The position numbers and the translations under genes were made by a program. DNA of 64,000 bases from Prosthecochloris vibrioformis (GTDB lineage Bacteria; Bacteroidota; JABWAT01). Under the pieces are notes generated by a model, which searched no databases, was not told the origin of the DNA, and saw nothing but the letters and a program-made list of their open reading frames with translations. Every line of letters starts with the position of its first letter. Within the stretch, counting starts at the first letter, position 1. Location of the stretch: positions 14,449 to 78,448 of the forward strand of contig CALRWV020000012.1 in NCBI GenBank assembly GCA_943371965.1, read 5' to 3'. Shown here in pieces: positions 28,279 through 39,600 of this stretch.

Positions 28279-29274
28279 ATGACCATTTTTACTGAAAAAA
28301 GATTAGATGAACTTTTCGAGCAGATGAAAAACAAACATATTTTTGTCATCGGTGATTTGATGATTGACCGTTATGTTTGGGGATCAGTAAACCGCATCAG
28401 TCCTGAAGCTCCTGTTCCTGTTGTTGAAGTAACGCAGGAAAGCGAACGGCTTGGTGGCGCCGCCAATGTTGGAAATAATATTGTTTCTCTGGGTGGTAAA
28501 TGTACCTTGATTGGAGTTGCAGGAAATGATTCCAATGCAGATGTGTTAAGAAGACTGATTGAAGACATGAAAATGAATTCTTCAGGCGTTATTACTGACA
28601 ATTCAAGAATGACAACGGTTAAAACAAGAGTAATAGCCCAAAACCAGCATGTTGTCAGAATTGACAATGAACAGAAGCACGACATTTCTTCAGACGTTGC
28701 CGATCAGATCATTTCACATCTTGAAAGAAATATTTCATCAATTGACGGAATTATTCTTGAGGATTACAATAAGGGTGTTTTGACAAAAGAATTGATTCAA
28801 CGCGTAATCGAACTTGCCAATAAACATAACAAACTGATTACAGTGGATCCGAAACTGAACCATTTCTTCGAGTATAAAAATGTAACGGTTTTCAAACCAA
28901 ATCTGAAGGAAACTTCTGAAGGACTTGGGAAAAACATCAAAACGGAAAGCGAAGTTCTTGCAGCTGGCAAGCAACTCCAAAAACAGTTGAATGCAAAACA
29001 CGTTCTTATCACCAGAAGTGAAAAAGGAATGTCCTTGTTTTCTGAAAATGACAAATATTTTCATGTTCCTACCCATGCCCGTGAAGTCGCTGATGTTTCA
29101 GGAGCGGGTGATACTGTGATAGCTACTTTAACTCTTGCACTTTCAGCAGGAGCTTCGCCTGATGAAGCAGCATCACTGTCAAATCTTGGTGGTGGATTGG
29201 TTGTTGGAGAAGTAGGAATTGTACCTGCTGTTCCTGAAAAAATAATTGAATTCTGGAGAGAAATAAGTGACTGA
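28279..29274 (+). CDS. rfaE1: D-glycero-beta-D-manno-heptose-7-phosphate kinase (RfaE domain I, PfkB family)
   Basis: IFVIGDLMIDRYVWGSVNRISPEAPVPVVEV, ERLGGAANVGNNI, DVSGAGDTVIATL. Confidence 0.88.
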   Translation: MTIFTEKRLDELFEQMKNKHIFVIGDLMIDRYVWGSVNRISPEAPVPVVEVTQESERLGGAANVGNNIVSLGGKCTLIGVAGNDSNADVLRRLIEDMKMNSSGVITDNSRMTTVKTRVIAQNQHVVRIDNEQKHDISSDVADQIISHLERNISSIDGIILEDYNKGVLTKELIQRVIELANKHNKLITVDPKLNHFFEYKNVTVFKPNLKETSEGLGKNIKTESEVLAAGKQLQKQLNAKHVLITRSEKGMSLFSENDKYFHVPTHAREVADVSGAGDTVIATLTLALSAGASPDEAASLSNLGGGLVVGEVGIVPAVPEKIIEFWREISD

Positions 29275-29752
29275 TCAGGGAAAAATATTAAAAGTAGATG
29301 ATTTTATATCCATCCGTGAAAAACTGAAAAAGGAAAACAAAAAACTTGTTTTCACAAACGGATGTTTTGATATTCTTCATAAAGGTCACGTAGATTACCT
29401 TCAGAAAGCACGTGAATTGGGAGACGCAATGATTGTTGCCATCAATGAAGATGAATCAGTCAGGCGGATTAAAGGTGAAAAAAGACCTATCAATTCAGAA
29501 GATGACAGAGCCTTTTTACTCGCCAATTTGCGCTCGGTAGATTACGTCACCTTTTTTGGCGAAGACACCCCGTATGAAGTCATCAAAAAAATCGTCCCTG
29601 ACTATCTGGTAAAGGGTGCGGATTGGGATGTTTCAAATGTTATTGGAAAAGATATTGTAGAAGAAAACGGCGGAAAGGTTCTGACAATTGAATTGACACC
29701 GGAAAAAAGTACAACCAATGTGATTGAAAAAGTACTGACCGCATATAAATAA
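29267..29752 (+). CDS. rfaE2: D-glycero-beta-D-manno-heptose-1-phosphate adenylyltransferase (RfaE domain II)
   Basis: LVFTNGCFDILHKGHVDYLQKARELGDAMIVAINEDESVRRIKGEKRPI. The GTG start overlaps the rfaE1 stop by 8 nt. Confidence 0.88.
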   Translation: MTDQGKILKVDDFISIREKLKKENKKLVFTNGCFDILHKGHVDYLQKARELGDAMIVAINEDESVRRIKGEKRPINSEDDRAFLLANLRSVDYVTFFGEDTPYEVIKKIVPDYLVKGADWDVSNVIGKDIVEENGGKVLTIELTPEKSTTNVIEKVLTAYK

Positions 29753-29826
29753 AGTAGGCGAATTACAGAGCCGGAATTCAGACAGACAGGGATAGAGCTG
29801 TTCAGATTTTAATACTCGCTGCAAAA

Positions 29827-32800
29827 ATGAAAAAGCCAATTAAAATATTCTCTTATTTTGTTTTCATAACTGCATACCTGCTGGTATTTCTTGTTGTAAC
29901 TGCATTCGTAATCTCACAAACAGACTGGTTCAGAAATTTCATCAGTAAACAGTTGAGTACAGTAGTAAATGAAAACATTAACGGAAAACTTGAAATTAAA
30001 TCAATTGAAGGAAATTTCTTTTCACACCTTGATTTAAACGGAATAAATTTAATCCACGAAAACGATACGTTGATTTCAGTTCCATCAATTGAAATCAGAT
30101 ACATGCCTGTCTTTCTTCTTTTTAAAAATCTGAATATTTCCCTGATTGAAATTAAAAACCCATCCATTCATTTTGAAATCATGAAAGATGGATCGCTTAA
30201 TTTTGCAGCTCTTATAAAAACGAAAACAGATTCAGTCAAAGCAGATACTTCCAAACAGGAAAACTCTTCACTTATCCAGATAATCGATATCAAGAGTATA
30301 AAACTTACTGATGCCAAAATTATTTATAACCGTGAAAATTATAAAAATACAAATTATCTAAAAATGACCATTGATTACAGGGAGCTGAAGTTTGATGACT
30401 TCAATGCCTGGATTTCTTTCTACCGTTCACCGACAAAGACTCGTTTTGAGATCTTCAATATTGAAATTCATGAAAAGAAATCAGGATTTAATTTAAATCA
30501 ATTTGCAATCAAAGCTGAACTTGATGACAGTTCCATTTCTGTTCCCAAGTTTGTCATGAAGACTGATTCAAGTTCAGTTGAATTGAATACCAAGTTGATA
30601 TTTGCAGACAAAATCCAATTTGATTCCACTTTTTCAGAACAGTTGAAACATGCCAAACTTAATGTGAATGTTAGCTTGAAACCGTTTACTTTCATTGATC
30701 TATATGTGTTTATTCCCAAAGTAGATATGCTTGGAGAATCAGTTACGTGTGATGTAGTTGCTGATGGATCTCTGGATACATTGAATGTAAAATCAGTCGA
30801 ACTGAATTTCGGTAAGAAATCACACTTAAAGGCCTCAGGAAGATTGTTTCACCTCCTTGACGGGGATAAACTTACGATGAGTACAAAAGTCACAGATGGA
30901 ACAGTTTATTATGCTGATGTACATTCTCTTTTACCTAACATTCCAATTCCTTCATTTGAGAAAGCTGGAGAAATCAACTTCACAGCTTCGTATTCAGGAA
31001 AGCCAACCGATTTTGAATCAGCTGTTCATATGGTATCAAAAACGGGTGGAGAATTTTCAGCAAATGCATCGTTCGATTTCAATAAGACAATTCCGGAGTA
31101 TAAAGTTTCGCTTGAAGCTCATGAGCTGAATCTGCAGCCATTTCTGAACAATGCAAAATCGCTGAACAGCAATCTGAACCTGACAAGCAAAATTGAGGGA
31201 AAAGGTTTTGTTCTTGATGAAGTTGAAATGAAAAGCAGGACAACTATTACATCTTCCTACTACACGAATATTTCAGTTGATCAGGCAGAGATCATCATTA
31301 ACGGTTCAAATAAAAAAGTAGAGATCAAAACCAATGCCAGTTCGTATTTTGCTGAAATAAATCTTCAGGCAGCGATTGAAAAAATTAATAATACCTTCAG
31401 ATTTGATATCGATCTCGAAGGACGCAGAATCAACATTGAAAATATTTTACCGCAACTTTCAAAATCAAAAATAAATTTCACCTCAAAAACCCAAATTGAA
31501 ATCAATGATCAACTGAAGATTGATTCAAAGATTGACATCAATCAGCTCAACCTTGATAATGTAAAATACAATCCCGTAAAATTGGACATACTTTTTCAAA
31601 CACGGAAGGACAAATTTACTTTTTCCGAAATTAAAAGTGATTGGCTGGATATCAATGTAAATTCAACCGACAATGTTGATTACTGGGTAAGTTACCTTTC
31701 GGCAATGGTAAAGAATATGAAAGTCTTTCATTCTGATTCCGCAAATGCGGTTGTACCTGATTTGTCATTTATAACAGACAGCACTGAAACTGTAAGCTGG
31801 AAATGGAAAATAAAAGATATTACCTCACTTGCTGCCCTGATTAAACAACCAACTCTGAAAGTAAAGGGAAATGGTTCAGGAATAACCATCGTTCACAATA
31901 AATTTCTTTCAACCGTTTTTGATATCAACCTTGATTCAGTCAGCTACAACAAATCGATTTACGCAAATAATATAGTTATGAAGTCAGATCTTGATTCACT
32001 TAATATTGAGCAGCTGCTGGATTATGCTGATGGGTATCTGAATATCTCTGTTGATGAACTGATAACCGGTGAAAGAAACTGGGGAAAAATCAAACTTGAA
32101 TCAAAGGGCATTAAAAATAAAGCAGCATACTTGCTGACGGTTGATGACTCCGGAAATTTGCTTTCGCTGAATACTGATGGGTTTATAAACATAACATCCG
32201 ATTCAGTTAGCATGGATGTCAGGAACTTTTTTGTCAAATCGGAATTGTCAGACTGGGAAATCAAACGACCGGCAAAAATGTATGTTACAACCACTTCGGT
32301 TGGATGTGATACGCTTGAACTCCAAAGTGGAGACCAGAGTCTAACAATATCGGGTGAATTGAACAATGAAGGAACAAAAGAGGCGTTGATAGTTGGAACC
32401 AATCTTGAGATTTCTCCACTGATAACTACTTTCAATCCGAGCTTTCCTGTTTTGCCGCAGGGGAAATTTGATCTGAGGGTTTATGCCTTCGGATATTTGA
32501 ACGATCCGAGTGCTGAACTTGATTTGAATTCAAGCATGATACTTGTTGGTGGAAATAAATACGGGCAATTGGAAGCTAAAGCTGTTTACGATGGCGGAAC
32601 TGTTGATATTAAATCTTATTTGAAGGATGAAGATAAAAACAACATTATTTCACTTAACGGAATAATTCCCCTGAAAAAACCGGAAGATGTTCTGAATGCT
32701 GAGCAAACCAATTTTCATGTGGCTGTTACCGATTTTAAACTTGACAGACTAAAGGGGTTCATTCCAACTGTTCTTGAAATTGGGGGATCGGCAAACGGGA

Positions 32801-34440
32801 AAATTGATTACGAATATATTGATGATGCAAATTTTGAATTGAGCGGTGAACTCAATATTCAAAGCGGGAAACTGAGACTTGAATCCAACAATGTTTTATA
32901 TTCAAATATCAATGGAAGTGCAACTCTCCAGAAAAACCTGGTAATTATCAAAGACATGGAAATATTTTCACCAAATAAAGGGAAAGCAAAACTTTATGGA
33001 TCATTTGAACTAGAAAATTTTATTCCTTACAAAAACTACAATATTAATCTTGCTTTAACGGATTTTGAGGTTTTAAACAAAGCACAATCAAATGAAAATA
33101 CTGTCTATGGAAAAATTGAACTTCAGGGACAATTGAGATTTAAAGGTGGATTTGATCAATCGACACTTAATGGAACAATTAAATTGAAAAACACAGATAT
33201 TGGAATTCTTTCCGGTTCAGCAAATGAAAGGGCATTTGTTAATGAAGACAGTTTTATCAATTGGGTTGGAAAGGCAGCACGTGATGCATCCGCAAAAGCA
33301 GATTCCGATTCAGTTGCACAAACTGCCAAATACAAACCTAAGAAAAAAGGTAAATTATTCAGAACCGGATTCAACGCTTATGTTCAAATTGATCCGTCAC
33401 AAAACACCAAGTTTACATTGATATTGAACAGAGCAACCGGTGAACGCCTTGAAACTTATGTGGGCGGAAATCTTTTGATGCAGTATCAGCGCGAAAATAT
33501 TTCAATGACTGGAAAGCTGAATGTCCTCGACGGTAATTATGGATTTTATACAGCAAAATTCAAAGTTCAGAAAGATGGTGAAATCCGCTGGTCTGGAAAT
33601 ATTTCAGATCCGGAACTGAGTTTATTGGCTCACACAACGTTAATCAGAAACAGAGAAACCAGTACCGGTTCTACAACGGATGGAACTGATTCGAAATCGA
33701 CACAAAAGGAAAGCAACATGATTTCAATCGGAATTGAAGGAACTGCATCAAGACCTCTGTTCAATTACGATATTGTTTCAACTTTGGCTGACGGGCAAAC
33801 AAAGTCTGCTGCTTCAAGCCCACTTCTCCGTGAAAACCTGACTGCAAATATTATTTCGCTGATCCTGCTGAATCAGTGGGCAAATGATCCATGGAATACC
33901 CAGAACCAGCGGAATTTTTCAAATGTTGGTTCCGGTGACCTAACAAATACTGGAGTTAATGCATTATTTGGAACGCTCAGCAATCACCTGGGAAGATATC
34001 TGAACAGTGCTGACAGCAGAATAAAATTTGTGAACTTTCAGGTTCAGAAAAATCAATCCGGTTTAACGGATGACTTTGCCGTCAGCGGTGGATATGAGTT
34101 GAGTGACAGTTGGACCATCAGCGGTGGTGTCAATTACAATCCGAACAGTGCGGCCACTCAAACAACTGCAGCTGCTAAAAACGCAGATCCGGTGAATTTT
34201 TCATTGAGGATAGAAAATAAACTGACTGAAAACCTCTCATGGGAACTTTACAGAACATACAATCCATACACATTTGACGCATATGAAGAACCCATCATAT
34301 ATGGTGTTTCCCTGTTTTACAGAAAAAGATTTTATTATTGGAACGAGTTGAATCCGTTCAGAAAAGAAGAAAAAAATGCCGAAGCCAAACCTGATAACGG
34401 AAAACCTGAAACAGGGGCTCCTCCAGTTCCTAAAGAGTAA
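29827..34440 (+). CDS. tamB: TamB-like translocation and assembly module protein (AsmA family, 1537 aa)
   Basis: Single N-terminal transmembrane anchor (IFSYFVFITAYLLVFLVVTAFVI), a very long beta-rich repetitive body, and a C-terminal DUF490-like region ending in a low-complexity tail. Confidence 0.8.
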   Translation: MKKPIKIFSYFVFITAYLLVFLVVTAFVISQTDWFRNFISKQLSTVVNENINGKLEIKSIEGNFFSHLDLNGINLIHENDTLISVPSIEIRYMPVFLLFKNLNISLIEIKNPSIHFEIMKDGSLNFAALIKTKTDSVKADTSKQENSSLIQIIDIKSIKLTDAKIIYNRENYKNTNYLKMTIDYRELKFDDFNAWISFYRSPTKTRFEIFNIEIHEKKSGFNLNQFAIKAELDDSSISVPKFVMKTDSSSVELNTKLIFADKIQFDSTFSEQLKHAKLNVNVSLKPFTFIDLYVFIPKVDMLGESVTCDVVADGSLDTLNVKSVELNFGKKSHLKASGRLFHLLDGDKLTMSTKVTDGTVYYADVHSLLPNIPIPSFEKAGEINFTASYSGKPTDFESAVHMVSKTGGEFSANASFDFNKTIPEYKVSLEAHELNLQPFLNNAKSLNSNLNLTSKIEGKGFVLDEVEMKSRTTITSSYYTNISVDQAEIIINGSNKKVEIKTNASSYFAEINLQAAIEKINNTFRFDIDLEGRRINIENILPQLSKSKINFTSKTQIEINDQLKIDSKIDINQLNLDNVKYNPVKLDILFQTRKDKFTFSEIKSDWLDINVNSTDNVDYWVSYLSAMVKNMKVFHSDSANAVVPDLSFITDSTETVSWKWKIKDITSLAALIKQPTLKVKGNGSGITIVHNKFLSTVFDINLDSVSYNKSIYANNIVMKSDLDSLNIEQLLDYADGYLNISVDELITGERNWGKIKLESKGIKNKAAYLLTVDDSGNLLSLNTDGFINITSDSVSMDVRNFFVKSELSDWEIKRPAKMYVTTTSVGCDTLELQSGDQSLTISGELNNEGTKEALIVGTNLEISPLITTFNPSFPVLPQGKFDLRVYAFGYLNDPSAELDLNSSMILVGGNKYGQLEAKAVYDGGTVDIKSYLKDEDKNNIISLNGIIPLKKPEDVLNAEQTNFHVAVTDFKLDRLKGFIPTVLEIGGSANGKIDYEYIDDANFELSGELNIQSGKLRLESNNVLYSNINGSATLQKNLVIIKDMEIFSPNKGKAKLYGSFELENFIPYKNYNINLALTDFEVLNKAQSNENTVYGKIELQGQLRFKGGFDQSTLNGTIKLKNTDIGILSGSANERAFVNEDSFINWVGKAARDASAKADSDSVAQTAKYKPKKKGKLFRTGFNAYVQIDPSQNTKFTLILNRATGERLETYVGGNLLMQYQRENISMTGKLNVLDGNYGFYTAKFKVQKDGEIRWSGNISDPELSLLAHTTLIRNRETSTGSTTDGTDSKSTQKESNMISIGIEGTASRPLFNYDIVSTLADGQTKSAASSPLLRENLTANIISLILLNQWANDPWNTQNQRNFSNVGSGDLTNTGVNALFGTLSNHLGRYLNSADSRIKFVNFQVQKNQSGLTDDFAVSGGYELSDSWTISGGVNYNPNSAATQTTAAAKNADPVNFSLRIENKLTENLSWELYRTYNPYTFDAYEEPIIYGVSLFYRKRFYYWNELNPFRKEEKNAEAKPDNGKPETGAPPVPKE

Positions 34441-36499
34441 CAGTTCAGAAAAATTCAAAGTTGCGGAACTGACAAAAGCCATTGGTCTGAATCCCAAATC
34501 ACATGAACGGATGGTTGCTGAAATTCTGAATGATCTGGTTCAAAATAAAATTGTTGAAAGAACCAAAGGAAAGCTTTTTAACTATGCACATCCGGTAACG
34601 TTGAAAACCGGAACGTTGATGATGACAAAAAGCGGATTTGGCTTTGTTAGAATCGATGAAGAAAATGAAGTGAAGATATCCGAGAAATTTCTGAATACTG
34701 CATTCAATGAAGATGTTGTTGAAGTTTCGCTTTTTGCAAAAAAAGGTGATAAAGGTTTTGAAGGTGAAATCACCAAAGTTCTTGAGCGGAAAAGAAAGAC
34801 ATTTGTTGGAACACTTGAAAAATCGAAAAACTTTGCTTTTGTAATTCCAGATGACAAAAAAATTCACCGCGATTTTTACATCCAGCCGAAATTTCTTTTC
34901 AATGCCAAACAGGGCGATAAGGTCATGATCGAACTGGATGAATGGGACAATCCCCATTTCAATCCGGAAGCAAAAATTACTGAAATACTCGGTAAATCAA
35001 ATGATATCCGGGTGCAGGTTATTTCCGTAGCACGTGGACTTAATTTGCCTGACAAGTTTAAAACTGAAGTTGAGGAGGAAGCACATCAAATTCCGGAAAC
35101 AATTTCCCAATCAGAAATTTCAAAACGTATTGATCTGAGAAACGAAGATATTTTTACCATCGATCCGTTTGATGCAAAAGATTTTGATGATGCTGTTTCA
35201 TTGAAACTTCTTGAAAGCGGAAATTACGAACTGGGTGTTCATATTGCTGATGTATCGCATTATGTTGGGAGATATACCAAACTGGACCATGAAGCACTTC
35301 AGCGAGGAACATCCATTTATCTGGTTGACCGTGTCATTCCAATGCTGCCGGAAAAACTTTCCAACAATATCTGTTCTCTGGTTCCGAATCAGGACAGACT
35401 TACGTTTTCCGCATTTATTGAGATCAGTACCAAAGGTCAGGTTAAAGATTACCGTTTTGCAAAATCAGTCATTAATTCAAAACGTAGATTTACGTACGAA
35501 GAAGTTGAAGATATTCTGAAAACCGGAAACGGAGACTATTCTGAAACGCTTTTGAAAATGAATAAACTGGCAAAAAACCTGACAGCCAAACGAGATAAAA
35601 ACGGATCAATAGATTTTGACTCACCTGAAGCGAAATTCAAATTTGACGCTAAAGGAATGCCAGTTGAAATTATCAAAAAAACACGACTTGATTCGATGAG
35701 GTTGATTGAAGAATTCATGCTTCTTGCCAATCAGTCAGTGGCTGCACGTTTTCATGAGCTGACAGAAGAAAGCAAGAATTACTTTTTGTACCGAGTTCAT
35801 GATGCACCCGATACAAAAAAACTTTTGAATCTTTCCAATTTCATGATTTTACTGGGTTATCAGTTTGTAGTCGGTGATGATGAAACTTCCGCAAAGAATC
35901 TGCAGAAACTGATGAATGATGCGGTGGGAACTCCGGAAGAAGATATTGTTCATCAGGTTGCGTTACGTGCCATGGCAAAGGCTGCTTATTCATCTGAAAA
36001 TATTGGGCATTTCGGGTTGGCCTTTGATTTTTACACTCACTTTACCTCACCAATCAGAAGATATCCTGATTTGATTGTTCACCGTTTGCTTTATTATTAT
36101 GAAATCCAAAAAAACAAAAAAGCTTTGTACGAGAAAAAAGACCTTGAACTGATCGCGGAACACTGCAACCTGACAGAACGGAAGGCAATGGAAGCAGAAC
36201 GTGAATCAATCAAACTGATGCAGGTTGAATACATGAAAAAACACATCGGTGAAGATTTTGATGGAATTATCAGTGGAGTGACCCAATTTGGAATTTATGT
36301 TGAAATCAAAAATATTCTGGTTGAGGGAATGGTTTCTGTCCGCGATCTGAAAGATGATTTTTACACCTACGATGAAAAAAAATATTCCCTTTCCGGTGAC
36401 AGAAAAGGAAAAGTTTACCGGCTTGGTGATCCGGTGAAAATAACCTGCGTGAATGCCAATTCAGAAAAACGGATCATTGATTTTGTTATGGCAGGTTAG
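34376..36499 (+). CDS. rnr: Ribonuclease R
   Basis: N-terminal HTH (LLQFLKSNSSEKFKVAELTKAIG), cold-shock-like region, RNB motifs DPFDAKDFDDAVS and HFGLAFDFYTHFTSPIRRYPDLIVHRLL, and a C-terminal S1 domain. The start overlaps the tamB 3' end by 65 nt. Confidence 0.95.
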   Translation: MPKPNLITENLKQGLLQFLKSNSSEKFKVAELTKAIGLNPKSHERMVAEILNDLVQNKIVERTKGKLFNYAHPVTLKTGTLMMTKSGFGFVRIDEENEVKISEKFLNTAFNEDVVEVSLFAKKGDKGFEGEITKVLERKRKTFVGTLEKSKNFAFVIPDDKKIHRDFYIQPKFLFNAKQGDKVMIELDEWDNPHFNPEAKITEILGKSNDIRVQVISVARGLNLPDKFKTEVEEEAHQIPETISQSEISKRIDLRNEDIFTIDPFDAKDFDDAVSLKLLESGNYELGVHIADVSHYVGRYTKLDHEALQRGTSIYLVDRVIPMLPEKLSNNICSLVPNQDRLTFSAFIEISTKGQVKDYRFAKSVINSKRRFTYEEVEDILKTGNGDYSETLLKMNKLAKNLTAKRDKNGSIDFDSPEAKFKFDAKGMPVEIIKKTRLDSMRLIEEFMLLANQSVAARFHELTEESKNYFLYRVHDAPDTKKLLNLSNFMILLGYQFVVGDDETSAKNLQKLMNDAVGTPEEDIVHQVALRAMAKAAYSSENIGHFGLAFDFYTHFTSPIRRYPDLIVHRLLYYYEIQKNKKALYEKKDLELIAEHCNLTERKAMEAERESIKLMQVEYMKKHIGEDFDGIISGVTQFGIYVEIKNILVEGMVSVRDLKDDFYTYDEKKYSLSGDRKGKVYRLGDPVKITCVNANSEKRIIDFVMAG

Positions 36500-36647
36500 A
36501 AATAAAGAAATTGATACAATTTCGGGGTAATTATTTTTTCCAATTAAATGAAACTAATTCATTTTTTGGGTGTTAAATATTACATTTACGTTCAGACAGG
36601 TCAATTCAAATCAACTTAAAATAACACAGGAGACAGGAAAGCTGCCT

Positions 36648-39600
36648 ATGAAAAAGTCTATTTTCCTTCTTGTTCTGCTTGTTTTGTTTGTCAGTGCAAA
36701 ATCCCATGCACAGTTTCAGTTCGGACAAAACAAAGTTCAGTACAAATATTACAAATGGAATTACATCCAGTCAGATCATTTTGATCTGTATTTCACTGAT
36801 GGAAATTACAAACTTGCAGAGTTTGCAATACTTTCTGCCGAATCGGCGTATGTGAAAATCAGCAAGGATTTCAAATACAGCATCAACAACCGGATAACCT
36901 TTATCATTTACGGATCGCACAATGAATTTCAGCAGACCAATGCCATTGGCGGTTATCTGGATGAAGGAATCGGGGGCGTAACCGAACTTTTCAAAAACAG
37001 GATAGTGCTTCCGTTTGAAGGTAATTTCCAGCAGTTCCGTCATGTCATTCATCATGAACTGGTACATGCAGTAATCAATGACATGTTTTATGCAGGAAGC
37101 ATCCAAAATATGATTTCCCAGGCAAATCCCGTTGAAATTCCATTATGGTTCAATGAAGGTGTGGCAGAATTCAGTGCTTTAGACTGGGATTCAAACACAG
37201 ATCTTTTTATGCGGGATGCAGTAATAAACAACTATCTGGCACCCATTGAACAGTTGAACGGTTATTTTGCTTATCGCGGCGGTCAAAGTCTATGGTATTA
37301 CATTACACAAAAGTATGGACGTGAAAAAATTGCAGAAATTATGCAGCGTCTCCGTTCAGTAAGAAGGGTAAATGAAGCTTTTGTTGGAGCTTTGGGTCTA
37401 ACACTTGAAGAGCTAAGTGAAAGATGGCAGAAAGATTTGAAAGTTCGTTACTGGCCGGAAATTGCAACCCGTGATGACATCAAATCAATCGGACGCCGTT
37501 TGACAGATCATAAAAAAGATGGTTCAAACTACAATACTTCTCCTTCCATTTCCCCAAAAGGTGATAAAATTGCATTGATTACCGACAAAAACAGATACAT
37601 CGATATCGAACTGATCAATGCAATAGACGGTAAGTTCATAAAAAAATTGGTGGATGGCCAACGGTCAAGAAATTTTGAGGAACTTCACTTGATTACTCCT
37701 GGAATTTCATGGTCACCTGATGGTAAGAGAATTGCAGTATCAACAAAAGCAGCAGAGGAAGATGTTATCATGCTGCTTGATGTTCAAACCGGAGATGAAG
37801 AAAAACTGGCATTCGGTCTGGACGGGATTTTCAGCGTTGACTGGTCACGTGACGGTGAAAAGTTGGCTTTTCAAGGATTGAAGAATGGAAATTCTGATAT
37901 TTATGTTTATGAATTCAAAACAAAACAACTGCTAAATATTACCAATGATTCATTCAGTGATTTGGATCCCTCATGGTCACCTGATTCAAAACGCATCATT
38001 TTTGTTTCCGACAGAAATAAATTGAATCCCGGAGATGTGAAATCAGGAGGAAGGGAATTGTTTGAAAAGAATCTGGATCAGACAGATATTTTTGAACTGA
38101 AACTTGAAACCAGAGCTATTGAAAGAATAACAAAAACTGACGGTTTTGATGAATCAAATCCGATTTATGGACCGGACGGAAAAAGCATCCTCTATATTTC
38201 TGATGAAAATGGAGCATACAATCTTTTCAGCATGAATCTTGAGAAAAAGACAGTTCGTCCCCTAACAAATGTTCTTCAGGGAATCCGTCAGATGTCGGTG
38301 ACTTATGATGGGGAGAAACTAGCCCTTGTTGCACTTGATGATGCGGGATTTGATATTTTTACCATTAACAATCCCTTTGAACTGAAGGTGAAAGGAGATT
38401 CACTCACCTCGAATTTATGGGCCAACTTCCGCGATTCACATGCAGGAAAAATGAAAAATAAAATCAGCGCAGAAAACGGATTTGCTCCGGATAAGGAAAC
38501 GGGGAAAAATGCTCTTTCTGATTCGTTGAGAAATTATGTGTTTGATCCTGAAGCATCAAAGGAAATCAGGTCAAACAGGGCGGATACAATCAATTTCAGC
38601 AACTATGAATTTTCAGAAGATGTTGCAAAAGAAGAGGAAAATAATTCTGAAAATGTTCCGGCAGTGAAGTATTCATCTGTAGGAACAAGATTGCCCGGTG
38701 GAGAATTCAAAGTATTTGATTATAAACTGAATTTTTCAGTTGATTATGCGCAGACAAATCTTGGAGTGAACAATATATACGGTGCTTCGGGTTCAACACA
38801 AATGGTTTTCAGTGACATGCTGGGCAATCATCAGATTGTCTTTGCCTCCAATCTTGTTGTGAATCTTGAAAACAGTGATTTTTATCTCGCTTACTTTTAT
38901 CTGCCAAAACGGTATGATGTGGGTGTGTTTGGTTACCACACAGCAAAATATTTTCCTTTTGCTATCAATGATACAAGTGCATATGATTATTACCGGTTCA
39001 GAAATTATGGAGTTGGTTTGTCACTGAGTTATCCATTTGATAAATACAACCGGGTTGAATTTGACCTGGGATTCAGCATTTTGAGCAAAGAAAATGTTGA
39101 TAGAAACGTTCCAATTGAGGAAGTTGGTTTTGTAAATCCAAAGCTGGAATATACCCATGATACTGTTCTATGGGGTCCGTTGGCACCAAATAACGGAAGC
39201 CGGTACGGAATTGCGTTTCAGGCTGTCCCCAGTTTTTTAAGCAACAGGCTTGAGTTCTATACACTAAGTGCTGACTATAGAACTTACTGGAGACTGACTG
39301 ATTATACTTCATTTGCTGTTAGGGGTGCAGGTGCAATTTCGGGTGGAAAAACGCCGCAGAAATATTTCATTGGCGGTGTTGAACAATGGTTGAATGTCAG
39401 ACTGACAAACCGCAGTCATTTTCCAATCAAAAATGTTGAGGATTTTGTCTTTGCTGAAGCAGGTTTACCTCTTAGAGGTTTTGATTTGAATGAACAATTC
39501 GGTAACCGTTATTTTATTTTAAATGGTGAATTTCGTTTCCCCATGCTGCTTTGGTTGTTCCCTGAAGTGAATTCAGGCAGTTTTTTTATGGGAACCATTT

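Noticed and set aside
34499-34957. 152-aa minus-strand ORF, plus similar antisense ORFs at 4805-5215, 32022-32435, 43049-43486, 48743-49183 and 51891-52295
   Set aside because: All lie entirely inside strongly supported genes on the opposite strand (rnr, the histidine kinase, tamB, glgA, ygiD/marR, ftsH) and have no recognisable domains.
36570-36647. Upstream start for the Omp85/PD40 protein
   Set aside because: The 26 extra residues precede a perfect signal peptide that begins at the ATG at 36648.
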